64,000 nucleotides of DNA from Anaerolineae bacterium (GTDB lineage Bacteria; Chloroflexota; Anaerolineae; Anaerolineales; Anaerolineaceae). The position numbers were made by a program, and so were the translations under genes. Of the stretch, positions 9,527-18,596 are shown one piece after another. Location of the stretch: assembly GCA_011176685.1 (NCBI GenBank), contig DUED01000001.1, positions 23,231-87,230 on the forward strand, given 5' to 3'. How positions within the stretch are numbered: the stretch's first letter is position 1; each line of letters opens with the position of its first letter. The notes under the pieces were generated by a model, which was not told the origin of the DNA, made no database searches, and saw only the letters and a program-made list of their open reading frames with translations.

Positions 9527-10678
9527 TCACTCCTTTAGCTTTAAAAAGGTTTTGTGTAAAAAACCGAGAATTTTGTTGTATTCCCATTGGGCAAGCATCA
9601 TTTCATGTCCATCGAAAAGATATTCTTTTTTGATTTGTGTATCTTTAAATAATAATGTTAATTGTAACTTTTTAATGGTCTTGTCATCAACTTCTTTGAC
9701 CACAAGAATTGCGTTGCCTTGGTAGTCATTGTACAATTTTTTAGATTTAGTTTCCAGTTCATTCAAGTCTTCACCTGCTGAGGGAAGGACTTGCGCTAGT
9801 CCATCTTTTTGCAATCGTTCAACCAATGCCGCATCCATTTGCACGGGCACAATCAATAGACGAATCCCTTTGTGTTTCAACAGGGTTTTTATGGCTTCCC
9901 CAAAAGTTGTGTCATCCGCCCCATATATATAATCCTGCAGTCTTTCTTGTAATGTGTTCTCAATAGGGGCAAGCAGGTTTTCTGCCTCCCTCTTCGAGTT
10001 GGCTTTGGCTGTGATGCGGATATCTACCTGACCGGCGTGCGCGGCTAACCCAACGGTTGGATTGTCCATCTTTTCTAAATCAGATATCAGCTCATCGATT
10101 TGAGATTCTCCCATTCCGGCAGTATGAACGATTGTTGAAAGGATAATCTGTTGCTGTATGTATTTATTTCGCAGGTATGGCAGGACTGATTTTTCGAACA
10201 GCAACTGCATTTCAGCAGGCACCCCCGGCAGGCAGATGATTGCTTGCTCACCTTTTTCTGCGATAAAACCGGGCGCTGTGCCGACCGGGTTTTCTATCGG
10301 CGTGGCTGATTCTGGTAGAAATGCCTGGCGTTTGTTGTTTTCCGTGGGCTTTCGACCATAGAGCTTGTAGCGCTTTTTGATCTGCGTCCATGATGTTTCA
10401 TGAAATACCAATTTTTTATTCAGGGCTTTGGCAACCGCTGCTCGGGTTGGGTCATCAACTGTGGGCCCCAGCCCGCCGCTGGTGATGACGATATCACTGC
10501 GCGCGAGCCCCTCAATAATTGCCGCTTGAATTCTGGCAATATTGTCGCCAACCGTGCTGATGCGGTAAACGTCCAATCCTGCCTGGTTAAGTGCTTTAGC
10601 GAGATACCGGGAATTGCTGTCCTGTATCTCGCCTAATAATAACTCGGTGCCAATCGTTAGTATCTCAATAATTGCCAT
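9527..10678 (-). CDS. cinA: CinA-family protein (MoaB/MogA-like N-terminal domain)
   Basis: N-terminal AIIEILTIGTELLLGEIQDSNSRYLA motif characteristic of the CinA / MoCF-biosynthesis domain. Separated from the downstream gene by only 2 nt. Confidence 0.6.
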   Translation of the reverse strand: MAIIEILTIGTELLLGEIQDSNSRYLAKALNQAGLDVYRISTVGDNIARIQAAIIEGLARSDIVITSGGLGPTVDDPTRAAVAKALNKKLVFHETSWTQIKKRYKLYGRKPTENNKRQAFLPESATPIENPVGTAPGFIAEKGEQAIICLPGVPAEMQLLFEKSVLPYLRNKYIQQQIILSTIVHTAGMGESQIDELISDLEKMDNPTVGLAAHAGQVDIRITAKANSKREAENLLAPIENTLQERLQDYIYGADDTTFGEAIKTLLKHKGIRLLIVPVQMDAALVERLQKDGLAQVLPSAGEDLNELETKSKKLYNDYQGNAILVVKEVDDKTIKKLQLTLLFKDTQIKKEYLFDGHEMMLAQWEYNKILGFLHKTFLKLKE

Positions 10679-10989
10679 GCTTGAAAATTTATTCTACCAG
10701 TCATACTGTTTCAATAAAATGTAGGCTATGAACCATTTTAATTCTTTTATTTTATCAGTTCAATTGGTGGGAGAACATGGCGTTTTCCACCCACATGAAG
10801 CACTTCGTAAATTAACACCTTGCGAGTTATCAACAACCCATTGGGTATTGCGCAGCATACCATTGGGAAATGACATCCTCCAAGGCAATGTCATCGCGAG
10901 GAGGGCATTAGCCCGATTGCGAAGCATACTGGTAAGTACGCGGCGATCTCTCACTTAAGGGTTCATCTGACTTAAGTTAAGTGTCTGTA

Positions 10990-11360
10990 AAAGCGTGAGA
11001 TTGCTGCTCTCTGCTCTTGCAGAGAGCTGCAAAAAGGTGTGTCATTTCTCTTTTTGGTGAAGGGATTACCGTAAAAGAATTGAGGAGTAAGTTCATTATA
11101 TAAGGTTTATATACCCTACCCTTCGGCGACCTGAAGCCGCCGCGGCAGGGTACACCACGCTACGCTCTGTACACGTCTCCGCTCTCTGCTCCTGCAAAGA
11201 GCTACTATATAGTGTGTCATTGTTCTATTTTATGCAGGAATTATCGGAAATGAATGGAGGAGTGAGGTTTATTGTTGAAGGTTTATATACCCCACCTTGC
11301 GATGACTGGATGCCATCGTAGGTGGAGTATCTCCGCTCTCTGCTCCTGCAGAGAGCTACG
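10990..11360. repeat. Three tandem copies (periods about 175 and 154 bp) of a structured repeat unit. Each unit ends in a conserved GC-rich hairpin (gctctctgc-tcct-gcagagagc) and carries an internal hairpin with compensatory substitutions between copies.
   Basis: Terminal hairpins at 11006-11027, 11181-11202 and 11335-11356. Conserved blocks are gtgtgtcatt, gaa(t)tgaggagt(a/g)ag and aaggtttatataccc. The internal hairpin is TACCCT/AGGGTA plus CGGCG/CGCCG in unit 2 (11113-11152). In unit 3 (11292-11325) it is CCACCT/AGGTGG plus CGATG/CATCG, with a similar 9-nt loop. Confidence 0.6.
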
Positions 11361-11366
11361 ACAGAA

Positions 11367-11432
11367 CCCGACAAAACCCGACACTTTTTAAATAAAAAGG
11401 ATTCGTTCCCTAGGAACGAATGGTTCACAGGA
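11367..11432. repeat. Copy A of a roughly 65-bp element (cccgacaaaacccgacacttttt...attcgttcc-cta-ggaacgaat-ggttcacagg) that ends in a 9-3-9 palindrome
   Basis: Near-identical to 18979-19041. The palindrome core recurs at 20710-20730. Confidence 0.6.
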
Positions 11433-11639
11433 CGTATATACGTGTAGCATACACGCAGGGATGAATACCTACGACCAAAGGGAGTCCTGTAGGGGAGATC
11501 GCAGGAAGTATCGTAGATGCCACCCGAATGAGTGGTTCATTGTTTCCACCGTTTTTTCACCAGAATTGCGCTGGGAATATCAAACGGGAAAGACGACTTA
11601 AATTGGTTTATAAGCCTACTGATTAAGAGTCAGTTGTCA

Positions 11640-11680
11640 GCATGTCCACGCAGTAGTACAGCGTCCATTGTATCCATTCT
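11640..11680 (+). mobile_element. Solo IS3-like terminal inverted repeat remnant (tgtccacgcagtagtacagcgtcc)
   Basis: Matches about 20 of 26 positions of the left end of the IS3-family element at 18597 (tgtccacacagtagtggtaaagctcc), in the same orientation. No transposase ORF follows. Further tgtccac-like fragments lie at 11540 and 11697-11724. Confidence 0.35.
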
Positions 11681-11996
11681 GCCCACAGAAAAGGATAAAA
11701 ACTGTCCATTGTGTCCACCCTGTTCCATCCCAATTGCACCCAAATTGCACCGGGAAAGGCGACTCAAAGGTACTAATTAGAAAAATTTTTTAAATTCAAA
11801 GATTAAACCGCTATAGAGAAATTGACCAAAGGCTTATTAATCATCTGACATAAAAAGACCTTCCGCAAAACTATAGTGGACTTTTCATTTTATGTCTGTT
11901 TACAAAGACATGGTACCAAGGCAAGTTTCACAAAGGGAAGCGTACGCACAAAAGGCAAAGAATCCAGTTATTAATTATTTTACAATGGAAAAATCT

Positions 11997-12818
11997 TTAA
12001 ATATTAATTTCTCCTATAATAATAGATTGTATAAATCGTGGTTCTTTTTCAAGATAGAAGGGTGTTATCTTAATTCCTTGCGATGAAAATTCACAAATTT
12101 GAAAGCCTGGAAATTCTTCAAACTTGACGATCCCATCTTCAGCTTCATTATGACCTCTAAAAGACATACTTGGAGCAGTCGAATAGAGGATATTCCCGAT
12201 TAATCCTTGGTAGTGGTAGTGCGTATGCCCGCAAAGCAATGCTTGAATGTGATATTTGGAGACCAATTCGATAAAATCCTCAATAGGATCAGCTGCGGGG
12301 ATACCTTTCTGCACAGAGATCAAGTTGTGATGAAAAATGAGAATAATTTCCTTCCGGTATTTTTCTTTTAAGATACCTTCCAACCATTCTATCTGTTCAG
12401 TTGTGAAGCCGCCATTAGAGTACAGAGTATTGGCATTATCAATTGAAATGAAGAGTTTATCTTCAATTTCGACCGTTTTATTATATGGAACATCCTTTCC
12501 CAGGATTGAATATTGATTACACCATCCTTCTCGAAAGGCTCTTTTATCATCATGATTACCGAGAGCTACAAGAATTGGTAAATTGCCAATATGTTTGATA
12601 AAAAAAGATTTAAGAAGTTGATAATCTCTTTTTGATCCTTTTTCCGTTAAATCTCCTGTAACTACAACCCCATCTATATTGGATAAACTGATACTGGAAA
12701 AACATTTTTCAAGATGTACTAAAGGGGAAGTCATTCCATAAACAACACCTAGGTAACCTTCATTAACAGGTTCATAGTACTCCCTGTAATGGATGTCGGA
12801 TATATGAAGAATTCTCAT
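11997..12818 (-). CDS. Metallophosphoesterase (calcineurin-like; CpdA/Icc-type phosphodiesterase family)
   Basis: ISDIHY, GDLTEKG, GNHDD and GHTHYH motifs. No signal peptide. Lies 36 nt downstream of the ABC permease on the same strand. Confidence 0.75.
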   Translation of the reverse strand: MRILHISDIHYREYYEPVNEGYLGVVYGMTSPLVHLEKCFSSISLSNIDGVVVTGDLTEKGSKRDYQLLKSFFIKHIGNLPILVALGNHDDKRAFREGWCNQYSILGKDVPYNKTVEIEDKLFISIDNANTLYSNGGFTTEQIEWLEGILKEKYRKEIILIFHHNLISVQKGIPAADPIEDFIELVSKYHIQALLCGHTHYHYQGLIGNILYSTAPSMSFRGHNEAEDGIVKFEEFPGFQICEFSSQGIKITPFYLEKEPRFIQSIIIGEINI

Positions 12819-12854
12819 TTTCCTTTACCTAAACAATCCCAGAAATAACTCCCT

Positions 12855-13781
12855 CTAATTTCCAACATTTCTGGTTCTATTGTTTTTCCACTTCATGTAA
12901 ATGGAATACACGATCAGCACAAGAATAGTCGACAGATACGGTATAGAAGAGGTAATTTGTGTTTTTAGATCTGTATTTTGCAATACATTTCCCAATGCCT
13001 GTGTCGCACCAAAAAACGCGCAAGATAGCAGAACTCCCAGGGGGTGTGATTGCCCTACCGCGTTCGCAGCCAGCGCAATATAACCTCTCCCTGATGTGAT
13101 CCCCTCAATGAAAAGCGTAACGGTTCCCATCGACAGTAAACAACCGCCAAGACCACAGAGTAACCCCGATAAACTAATGGTTAGAAATTGATATCTGTTA
13201 ACTGGCGTTCCCAGGCTTTTTGCTGCTTCTTTATTGATCCCTACTGCGCGGAGCCGAAAACCGACAATGGTTTTATATAGAAAAATATAAATTCCAACAG
13301 CAGAAAAGTATGCAAAATAATCAAGGATGGTTAGATTGGATAAAATCGTTCCGAGTATCGGCAGCCTATTGATCAACGGTAGTGAGACTTTGGGTAGATC
13401 AACAAGATCAAGACTTGTATACACCCCTTTGGTGTTGAAAAATAGGTAAAGTAAATATGTTGTTGAAGCTGTCATGAGAGTGTTGGCAATTAAACCCGCA
13501 ACAACTTCAGATGCATTAAATTGAATAACCAGCAGCCCAACAATAGCACACACGGCCAAACCACCAAGTGATCCCGCCAGAATCGAAACCCAGACGCTAC
13601 CTGTGTAATCATTCGCGAGGATGCTGAAAAAAGCGCCGGAAATCATCGCGCCTTCAAGCGCGATATTAAATAACTTAACCTTTGAACAAAGGGCTGCCGC
13701 CAGAGTGGCAAGTAGTATAGGTGATGTCATTCGAATAGTTGAATTGATTAATACAGCGATAAATTCTGTGTTGATCTTCAT
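12855..13781 (-). CDS. ABC transporter permease (BMP/nucleoside-type importer, permease 2)
   Basis: Polytopic membrane protein. Overlaps the upstream permease gene by 4 nt. Confidence 0.75.
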   Translation of the reverse strand: MKINTEFIAVLINSTIRMTSPILLATLAAALCSKVKLFNIALEGAMISGAFFSILANDYTGSVWVSILAGSLGGLAVCAIVGLLVIQFNASEVVAGLIANTLMTASTTYLLYLFFNTKGVYTSLDLVDLPKVSLPLINRLPILGTILSNLTILDYFAYFSAVGIYIFLYKTIVGFRLRAVGINKEAAKSLGTPVNRYQFLTISLSGLLCGLGGCLLSMGTVTLFIEGITSGRGYIALAANAVGQSHPLGVLLSCAFFGATQALGNVLQNTDLKTQITSSIPYLSTILVLIVYSIYMKWKNNRTRNVGN

Positions 13782-14929
13782 TTGTTTTCCACCCTGCCTG
13801 GGTTTATGGATAATAATCGCTTTGCTGTTTTTGAATAAATCTTTTTTAATGTACCAAATTTTCCATGTCTATATGAAACAATAAACTTTGAAGTCATCAG
13901 CAACGTAATAATACTCTGGATAATTGCGGACACCTCGCTAGGCACACTCATACTTCGCTCAACCGCGCTACCCCCTGTGGTTAAGCCTGCAAGAAAGATT
14001 GAACTGAATACAATCCCGATGGGATGGTTGTTCGCGATCAAAGAAGCAATAATTCCAGTCCAAACATAACCGGAAGACGATATCATCCCGTTGACATATC
14101 GAAAGCGCGTTCCAAGCACCTCACAGGCACCACCCAGGCCAGCCATGGCACCACTCAGAAGGAGAACACCGCACATCATTTTTTTGCTGTTCAACCCACC
14201 ATATTCAGCAAATAAAGCATTCAATCCTCCCATTCTTGCCCTATAGCCGAAAACTGTTCGATATTTAATAAACCATAGAATTCCCCCAAGAATGAGCGCG
14301 ATGATAAATCCGTAGTGTGTAGTGAAATCACTAAAAATACGGGGCAGGTACCCAACTTCTATCTTCTGGGTTTGGATAGCAGATGAATCCAAGCCAAATG
14401 GGTCTTTGATGAAATAATGTGTAAAATAAGAGGCGATATTATCCGCGATGTAATTCATCATAAGAGTAATGATCAGAAGATAGATCTGGAACCTGTCGCT
14501 TATCCACCCGGATATGAACGAATATACCATCCCGGCTATCATTCCCCCCAGGATTGATAAGACTATGATCACTAAAGCGGGTCCATCTATACTAATGGCA
14601 ATCTGTGAACAAATCATCGCTCCAAGGATCATCTGGCCTGAAGCGCCAAGACTGGGATAACCGGACCCCCATGCCAGTGCAGCAGCAAATCCGGCGAAAA
14701 TGATAGGAATCGATCTGGTTAGAGTGGTCGTTAAGTAATAGTCTGATCCAAAGCCGCCTTCAAGCATTCTTAAGATAGCAGCAATTGCATTGAATCCCGA
14801 CCAGTTGATTACAAGGCCACCAATAAAAAATCCCACAATGATAGCAAGAAAAGCTTCCCATACCGCGGTATACTTTTTAAAGATATTAGATCTCTTGCTT
14901 CTCTTACCCTTAAATACTTTTTCAGGCAT
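13778..14929 (-). CDS. ABC transporter permease (BMP/nucleoside-type importer, permease 1)
   Basis: Polytopic membrane protein. Overlaps the ATPase gene. Confidence 0.75.
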   Translation of the reverse strand: MPEKVFKGKRSKRSNIFKKYTAVWEAFLAIIVGFFIGGLVINWSGFNAIAAILRMLEGGFGSDYYLTTTLTRSIPIIFAGFAAALAWGSGYPSLGASGQMILGAMICSQIAISIDGPALVIIVLSILGGMIAGMVYSFISGWISDRFQIYLLIITLMMNYIADNIASYFTHYFIKDPFGLDSSAIQTQKIEVGYLPRIFSDFTTHYGFIIALILGGILWFIKYRTVFGYRARMGGLNALFAEYGGLNSKKMMCGVLLLSGAMAGLGGACEVLGTRFRYVNGMISSSGYVWTGIIASLIANNHPIGIVFSSIFLAGLTTGGSAVERSMSVPSEVSAIIQSIITLLMTSKFIVSYRHGKFGTLKKIYSKTAKRLLSINPGRVENK

Positions 14930-16457
14930 TTTCAGATATTTTTCCTCCGAGCATCAAAATTCCCAGGTTTTTTGCATCCAGCTTACCTCGAGAAATTTCA
15001 CCATGAAGTCTTCCATTAAAGATCACGTATATACGGTCACATAATTTTATTATTTCTGATAATTCCGAGGATACTAGTAATACACACCCGCCTTGATCTC
15101 GCTTTTCTATCAATTTTTTGTGAATGAATTCAGTAGCTCCGATATCAATACCCCGGGTTGGCTCATTAGCTATCAGCACGGGAGTATTTTTAGAAATTTC
15201 TCTTGCAGCGATCATCTTTTGAGTATTCCCGCCTGATAATTCCGATACCTTCTGCAACTCAGAATCCGCTTTAATGTCGTATCGTGAAATGAGCGATTGA
15301 GCAAATTTCCGTACTTCCTTTAACAATTGAAATCCCCATTTACTAAAAGAAGGGAGAGATTCACTCCCCATCAATGTATTATCCGAAACTGATGCTTTTT
15401 TTGCGCATCCCATTGAATAGCGATCCTCAGGAATATGGGAGATTCCAAGATCGCGGTTTATATACACTGAACCATTGGATGCTGGCTTACCACATATTTT
15501 AATTGTCCCCGAGTCATACTTCTCTAAACCAGTGATGCATTCAACTAATTCTGATTGTCCGTTACCTGAGACGCCGGCAATCCCAACAATTTCTCCGCTC
15601 TTGACATTAAGGCAAATGTTATCCAGTATTTTTTTACCGCTTGTTGACAACAAGTTTAAATCTTCTATCTCTAATTGTGGTTTCCCGATTTTTGGAGATG
15701 CAATGGGTTCATGCATAATTTGCCTGTTAACAACGTGGAAAGATAAGGTCTCTATATCAATCTTATTCGTGTCGGATTTGGCTACGACAGTACCATCTCG
15801 CATCACAACCACTCTATCCGAAATTGCCATTACCTCAGAGAGTTTATGCGTGATCAGGATAATACTTTTTCCCATATTGCTTAACTGCCGCATAGTATCT
15901 AATAGATTTTCAACTTCGAGGGGGGTAAGCACTGCAGTTGGTTCATCAAATATGATGGTCTCTGCGTTTTGATAAAGTATTTTTAATATCTCAATTCTCT
16001 GCTGTAAGCCTACGGGGCAGTTTTCAATGATAGCATTGGGATCAACTGGTAATGAATATCTGTCTGAAAAAGCTTCTACTATTTTTACAGCTTCTTTCTT
16101 ATTGAAAAACATTCCGTTATGTGGTTCATTCTGATAAACAATGTTCTCCGCAACTGTTAGACTGCCAAACAACATGAAATTTTGTTGAACCATACAAATG
16201 CCAAGTTCTATTGCATCTGATGGATTTCGAAAGTTGACCAATTGTTCCTTGTAATAAACTTCACCCTCATCAGCCTTCTCAAGTCCATATAGTATTTTCA
16301 TGAGAGTGGTTTTTCCAGCCCCATTTTCACCCACAATGGCCAATATTTCACCGGGATAGAGTTTTATGCTCACATTATGATTCGCTAAAACGTTAGGATA
16401 TGCTTTCGTAATGTGCCGCATCTCAAGAATTGGTTTTTTTGACATAAATATTGCCAA
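14922..16457 (-). CDS. ABC transporter ATP-binding protein with duplicated ATPase domains (sugar/nucleoside importer type)
   Basis: Two Walker A motifs (GENGAGKTT and GVSGNGQSE) and two LSGG signature motifs. 511 aa. Confidence 0.85.
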   Translation of the reverse strand: MAIFMSKKPILEMRHITKAYPNVLANHNVSIKLYPGEILAIVGENGAGKTTLMKILYGLEKADEGEVYYKEQLVNFRNPSDAIELGICMVQQNFMLFGSLTVAENIVYQNEPHNGMFFNKKEAVKIVEAFSDRYSLPVDPNAIIENCPVGLQQRIEILKILYQNAETIIFDEPTAVLTPLEVENLLDTMRQLSNMGKSIILITHKLSEVMAISDRVVVMRDGTVVAKSDTNKIDIETLSFHVVNRQIMHEPIASPKIGKPQLEIEDLNLLSTSGKKILDNICLNVKSGEIVGIAGVSGNGQSELVECITGLEKYDSGTIKICGKPASNGSVYINRDLGISHIPEDRYSMGCAKKASVSDNTLMGSESLPSFSKWGFQLLKEVRKFAQSLISRYDIKADSELQKVSELSGGNTQKMIAAREISKNTPVLIANEPTRGIDIGATEFIHKKLIEKRDQGGCVLLVSSELSEIIKLCDRIYVIFNGRLHGEISRGKLDAKNLGILMLGGKISENA

Positions 16458-16477
16458 ACCCTAACTATTTAAAATTT

Positions 16478-16525
16478 CGGGGTCCATCCTTTATTAATGG
16501 ACCCCGAAATTTTGTACGAGATAAT
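16478..16525 (-). terminator. Strong intra-operon hairpin between the binding-protein gene and the ATPase gene (ttcggggtccat...atggaccccgaa)
   Basis: 12-bp perfect stem, palindromic on both strands, followed by a T-rich tract. Classic attenuating terminator position after an ABC substrate-binding gene. Confidence 0.5.
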
Positions 16526-16530
16526 TTGAC

Positions 16531-17640
16531 TTATTCGATTGTTTCCTCAGGCGCAACCATTGTTAATTCGCCAGATGCAAATTGCTCAGCAACAGCTTTC
16601 GCTGCAGCAACCGCCTCCGCAGTAATTATGTCACTATTTATATAGTTTGAAGTTTCAGTTGTGACATGTACTACACCAAAAGCATTTTCCTTGAGCGAAA
16701 GTATTTGAGGTCCAGAACCCAACGTACCATCAAGGAAACCTGAAATAATATATTCTGTAGTCACACCCGTATTCTTTAGAGAGCCAGCAATGATATATGG
16801 GTTATCCGGTGTTGTCTGGTCTATGCTCAAACCGGTTGTATAAATGGGCGTGCCTTTCTCAGCCAAATCCAATGCTGCCTGGTAGATGCCTTCGTTTGCA
16901 CCAGACGATACGCTACCCATTATCACCCTTGCGCCAGCTGCTTGCTGTTGAGTGGCGAACTCGTAGGTAAGACTTGTATCCGTGTAGGAATCAATATAGT
17001 TCCTAATGAATTCTGCATCAGGATTTACAGATTTAACTCCTTCAGAATATCCATAGAAATATTTATAGTTTGCCTGTGTCTGGAAGTTCCCGATATATCC
17101 ATAAAGTTCTTCGTCGGGAAATGCATTTCCTATAAGCACGCCTAAAACATAGTTGCCTTCGGTCTCATTGAATCCAATACTGGTTACCTTTTCATTGGGC
17201 ACGACTGTGTCAATTACCGTATACTTAACCTCTTCAAATTCATCTGCTAGCGTGCTGAAAGGATCGCCTGCCTGCCAGCCCACACCTATAACAAGATCAA
17301 AACCCTCATTCGCGGCAGCACGGCCATTCTCTTCCCATTTTGCTGCGTCTGTGCATTCCATGGAAGTCCACTGGAAACCATATTCTTCCCCCATTTCCTT
17401 AACCATATTGTATGCCTGTAACAGGAATTGTTCATTCCCAATTGGATCGGTTACAAGTGCAATTTTAATGTCTTCATATGGGTTTTCTTCTTCTGCAGCT
17501 TCAGGTTGTGCTTCTGATTCCTCTTCAGCCGGTTCTGCAACTTCAGCAGGCTCAGCTGGTTCTGCTGCAGATTGCGAACAGCCAACTATCAGGCTGGCGA
17601 TAAGCAAACCAACGATTAACAACATGAATTTCTTCTTCAT
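16531..17640 (-). CDS. BMP-family (basic membrane protein / PnrA-like) substrate-binding lipoprotein
   Basis: Signal peptide with a VGC lipobox, a low-complexity AEPAEPAEVAEPAEEE linker, then a BMP-type periplasmic binding domain. Confidence 0.8.
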   Translation of the reverse strand: MKKKFMLLIVGLLIASLIVGCSQSAAEPAEPAEVAEPAEEESEAQPEAAEEENPYEDIKIALVTDPIGNEQFLLQAYNMVKEMGEEYGFQWTSMECTDAAKWEENGRAAANEGFDLVIGVGWQAGDPFSTLADEFEEVKYTVIDTVVPNEKVTSIGFNETEGNYVLGVLIGNAFPDEELYGYIGNFQTQANYKYFYGYSEGVKSVNPDAEFIRNYIDSYTDTSLTYEFATQQQAAGARVIMGSVSSGANEGIYQAALDLAEKGTPIYTTGLSIDQTTPDNPYIIAGSLKNTGVTTEYIISGFLDGTLGSGPQILSLKENAFGVVHVTTETSNYINSDIITAEAVAAAKAVAEQFASGELTMVAPEETIE

Positions 17641-17688
17641 TTTACTCCTCCAGATTTTTTTTAATCATAACACACTGCAGCATTTTTT

Positions 17689-17708
17689 GATATGACCGAT
17701 GTCATATC
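17689..17708. promoter_or_regulatory. Perfect 8-4-8 palindrome GATATGAC-cgat-GTCATATC in the divergent promoter between the BMP operon and the Crp/Fnr gene
   Basis: Read directly from the sequence. Placed about 80 nt upstream of the Crp-family gene start and about 50 nt upstream of the BMP gene start. Confidence 0.4.
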
Positions 17709-17786
17709 TTCTGGAGTTAGCTGGACTAAGAAAAGGTTAGCGTTTAAAATATGAATTGATTATCCTGAAATATTGTCTTTAGTAAA

Positions 17787-18464
17787 ATGAAAATCAATGA
17801 TGAAGCTCTTTTATCTCGGTGTATCTCGCAATTCGATTTATTAAAAATATTCTCAGAAGAAAAACCGCCAACATTTGAATTGTTTCAATTTCAAAAAGGT
17901 GATCTACTGCTGAGATCGGGGGAGGTTTCAGATTATTTTTTCTTTTTAATCGATGGCCAATTAAAAGTGTATAACTATTCACCTGGTGGTAGAATCATTT
18001 TTCTGTCTCAACTTGTTCCTTTTCAAGTGATAGGGGAGATTGCTTCATTATGGGGTTGGGAGGCAACAGCCAATGTCGAAGCGAATTCGAAAGTCCTATG
18101 CATAGGGATTCATCTTGACTCGCATCGAAATGACCTCTTGAATGACCTGGACTTTCTTAGGTTTCTTTGTCAAAAAATGGCGCTTAAAACAATTTCAAAT
18201 AATAAGTATTTTTCATCAACTGTATTTGATGCCCTTGATAGTAGATTGGCAGCCTTAGTCGTGAATAACGCTGCTGATGGGAAAGTAGAGCCAAAACTTA
18301 GCGAATGGGCGGAATTACTTTGCATCACTTATCGGCATCTATTAAGAACACTCAATAAATTTGTAGAAAAAGGTATCCTAGCAAAACAAGGGCGATACTA
18401 TATTCTCATCGATCAAGAGATGCTTAAGGAAATGGCACATCCTAATTTTCCTAAATTAAAATGA
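17787..18464 (+). CDS. Crp/Fnr-family transcriptional regulator (cNMP-binding domain plus C-terminal HTH)
   Basis: The N-terminal beta-barrel has G(D/E)xxxxG-like motifs (FQKGDLLLRSGEVSDYFFFLIDGQLKVY). The C-terminus has an HTH (YRHLLRTLNKFVEKGIL). Confidence 0.75.
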   Translation: MKINDEALLSRCISQFDLLKIFSEEKPPTFELFQFQKGDLLLRSGEVSDYFFFLIDGQLKVYNYSPGGRIIFLSQLVPFQVIGEIASLWGWEATANVEANSKVLCIGIHLDSHRNDLLNDLDFLRFLCQKMALKTISNNKYFSSTVFDALDSRLAALVVNNAADGKVEPKLSEWAELLCITYRHLLRTLNKFVEKGILAKQGRYYILIDQEMLKEMAHPNFPKLK

Positions 18465-18596
18465 TACAAAAGATAGATATCTTGGATAGCAAGTTGATGG
18501 GGTCGTGATTATGATAAATAAAATATGCCGGACTGATTCCTTGCGTTTGATAAGGTGCAGGAATCTTGAACCTACTGACATGCATCAGTAATTCAC

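Noticed and set aside
11250-11318. 22-codon ORF (MNGGVRFIVEGLYTPPCDDWMPS) with an RBS-like GGAGGAG inside repeat unit 3
   Set aside because: The ATG and reading frame are not conserved in unit 2. The region is better explained as structured non-coding DNA.
10990-11360. Possible CRISPR array, from the recurring 24-bp palindromic repeat gctctctgc-tcct-gcagagagc with about 130-150 bp between copies
   Set aside because: The intervening segments are homologous to each other, so they are repeat units, not unique spacers. The spacing is far larger than CRISPR spacers. No cas genes are nearby.
11532-11780. 82-aa ORF in the ORF track inside the repeat/IS-remnant region
   Set aside because: No RBS. 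It is composed of degenerate tgtccac-type repeat fragments and is Cys/Pro/Ser-rich low-complexity. Probably not coding.
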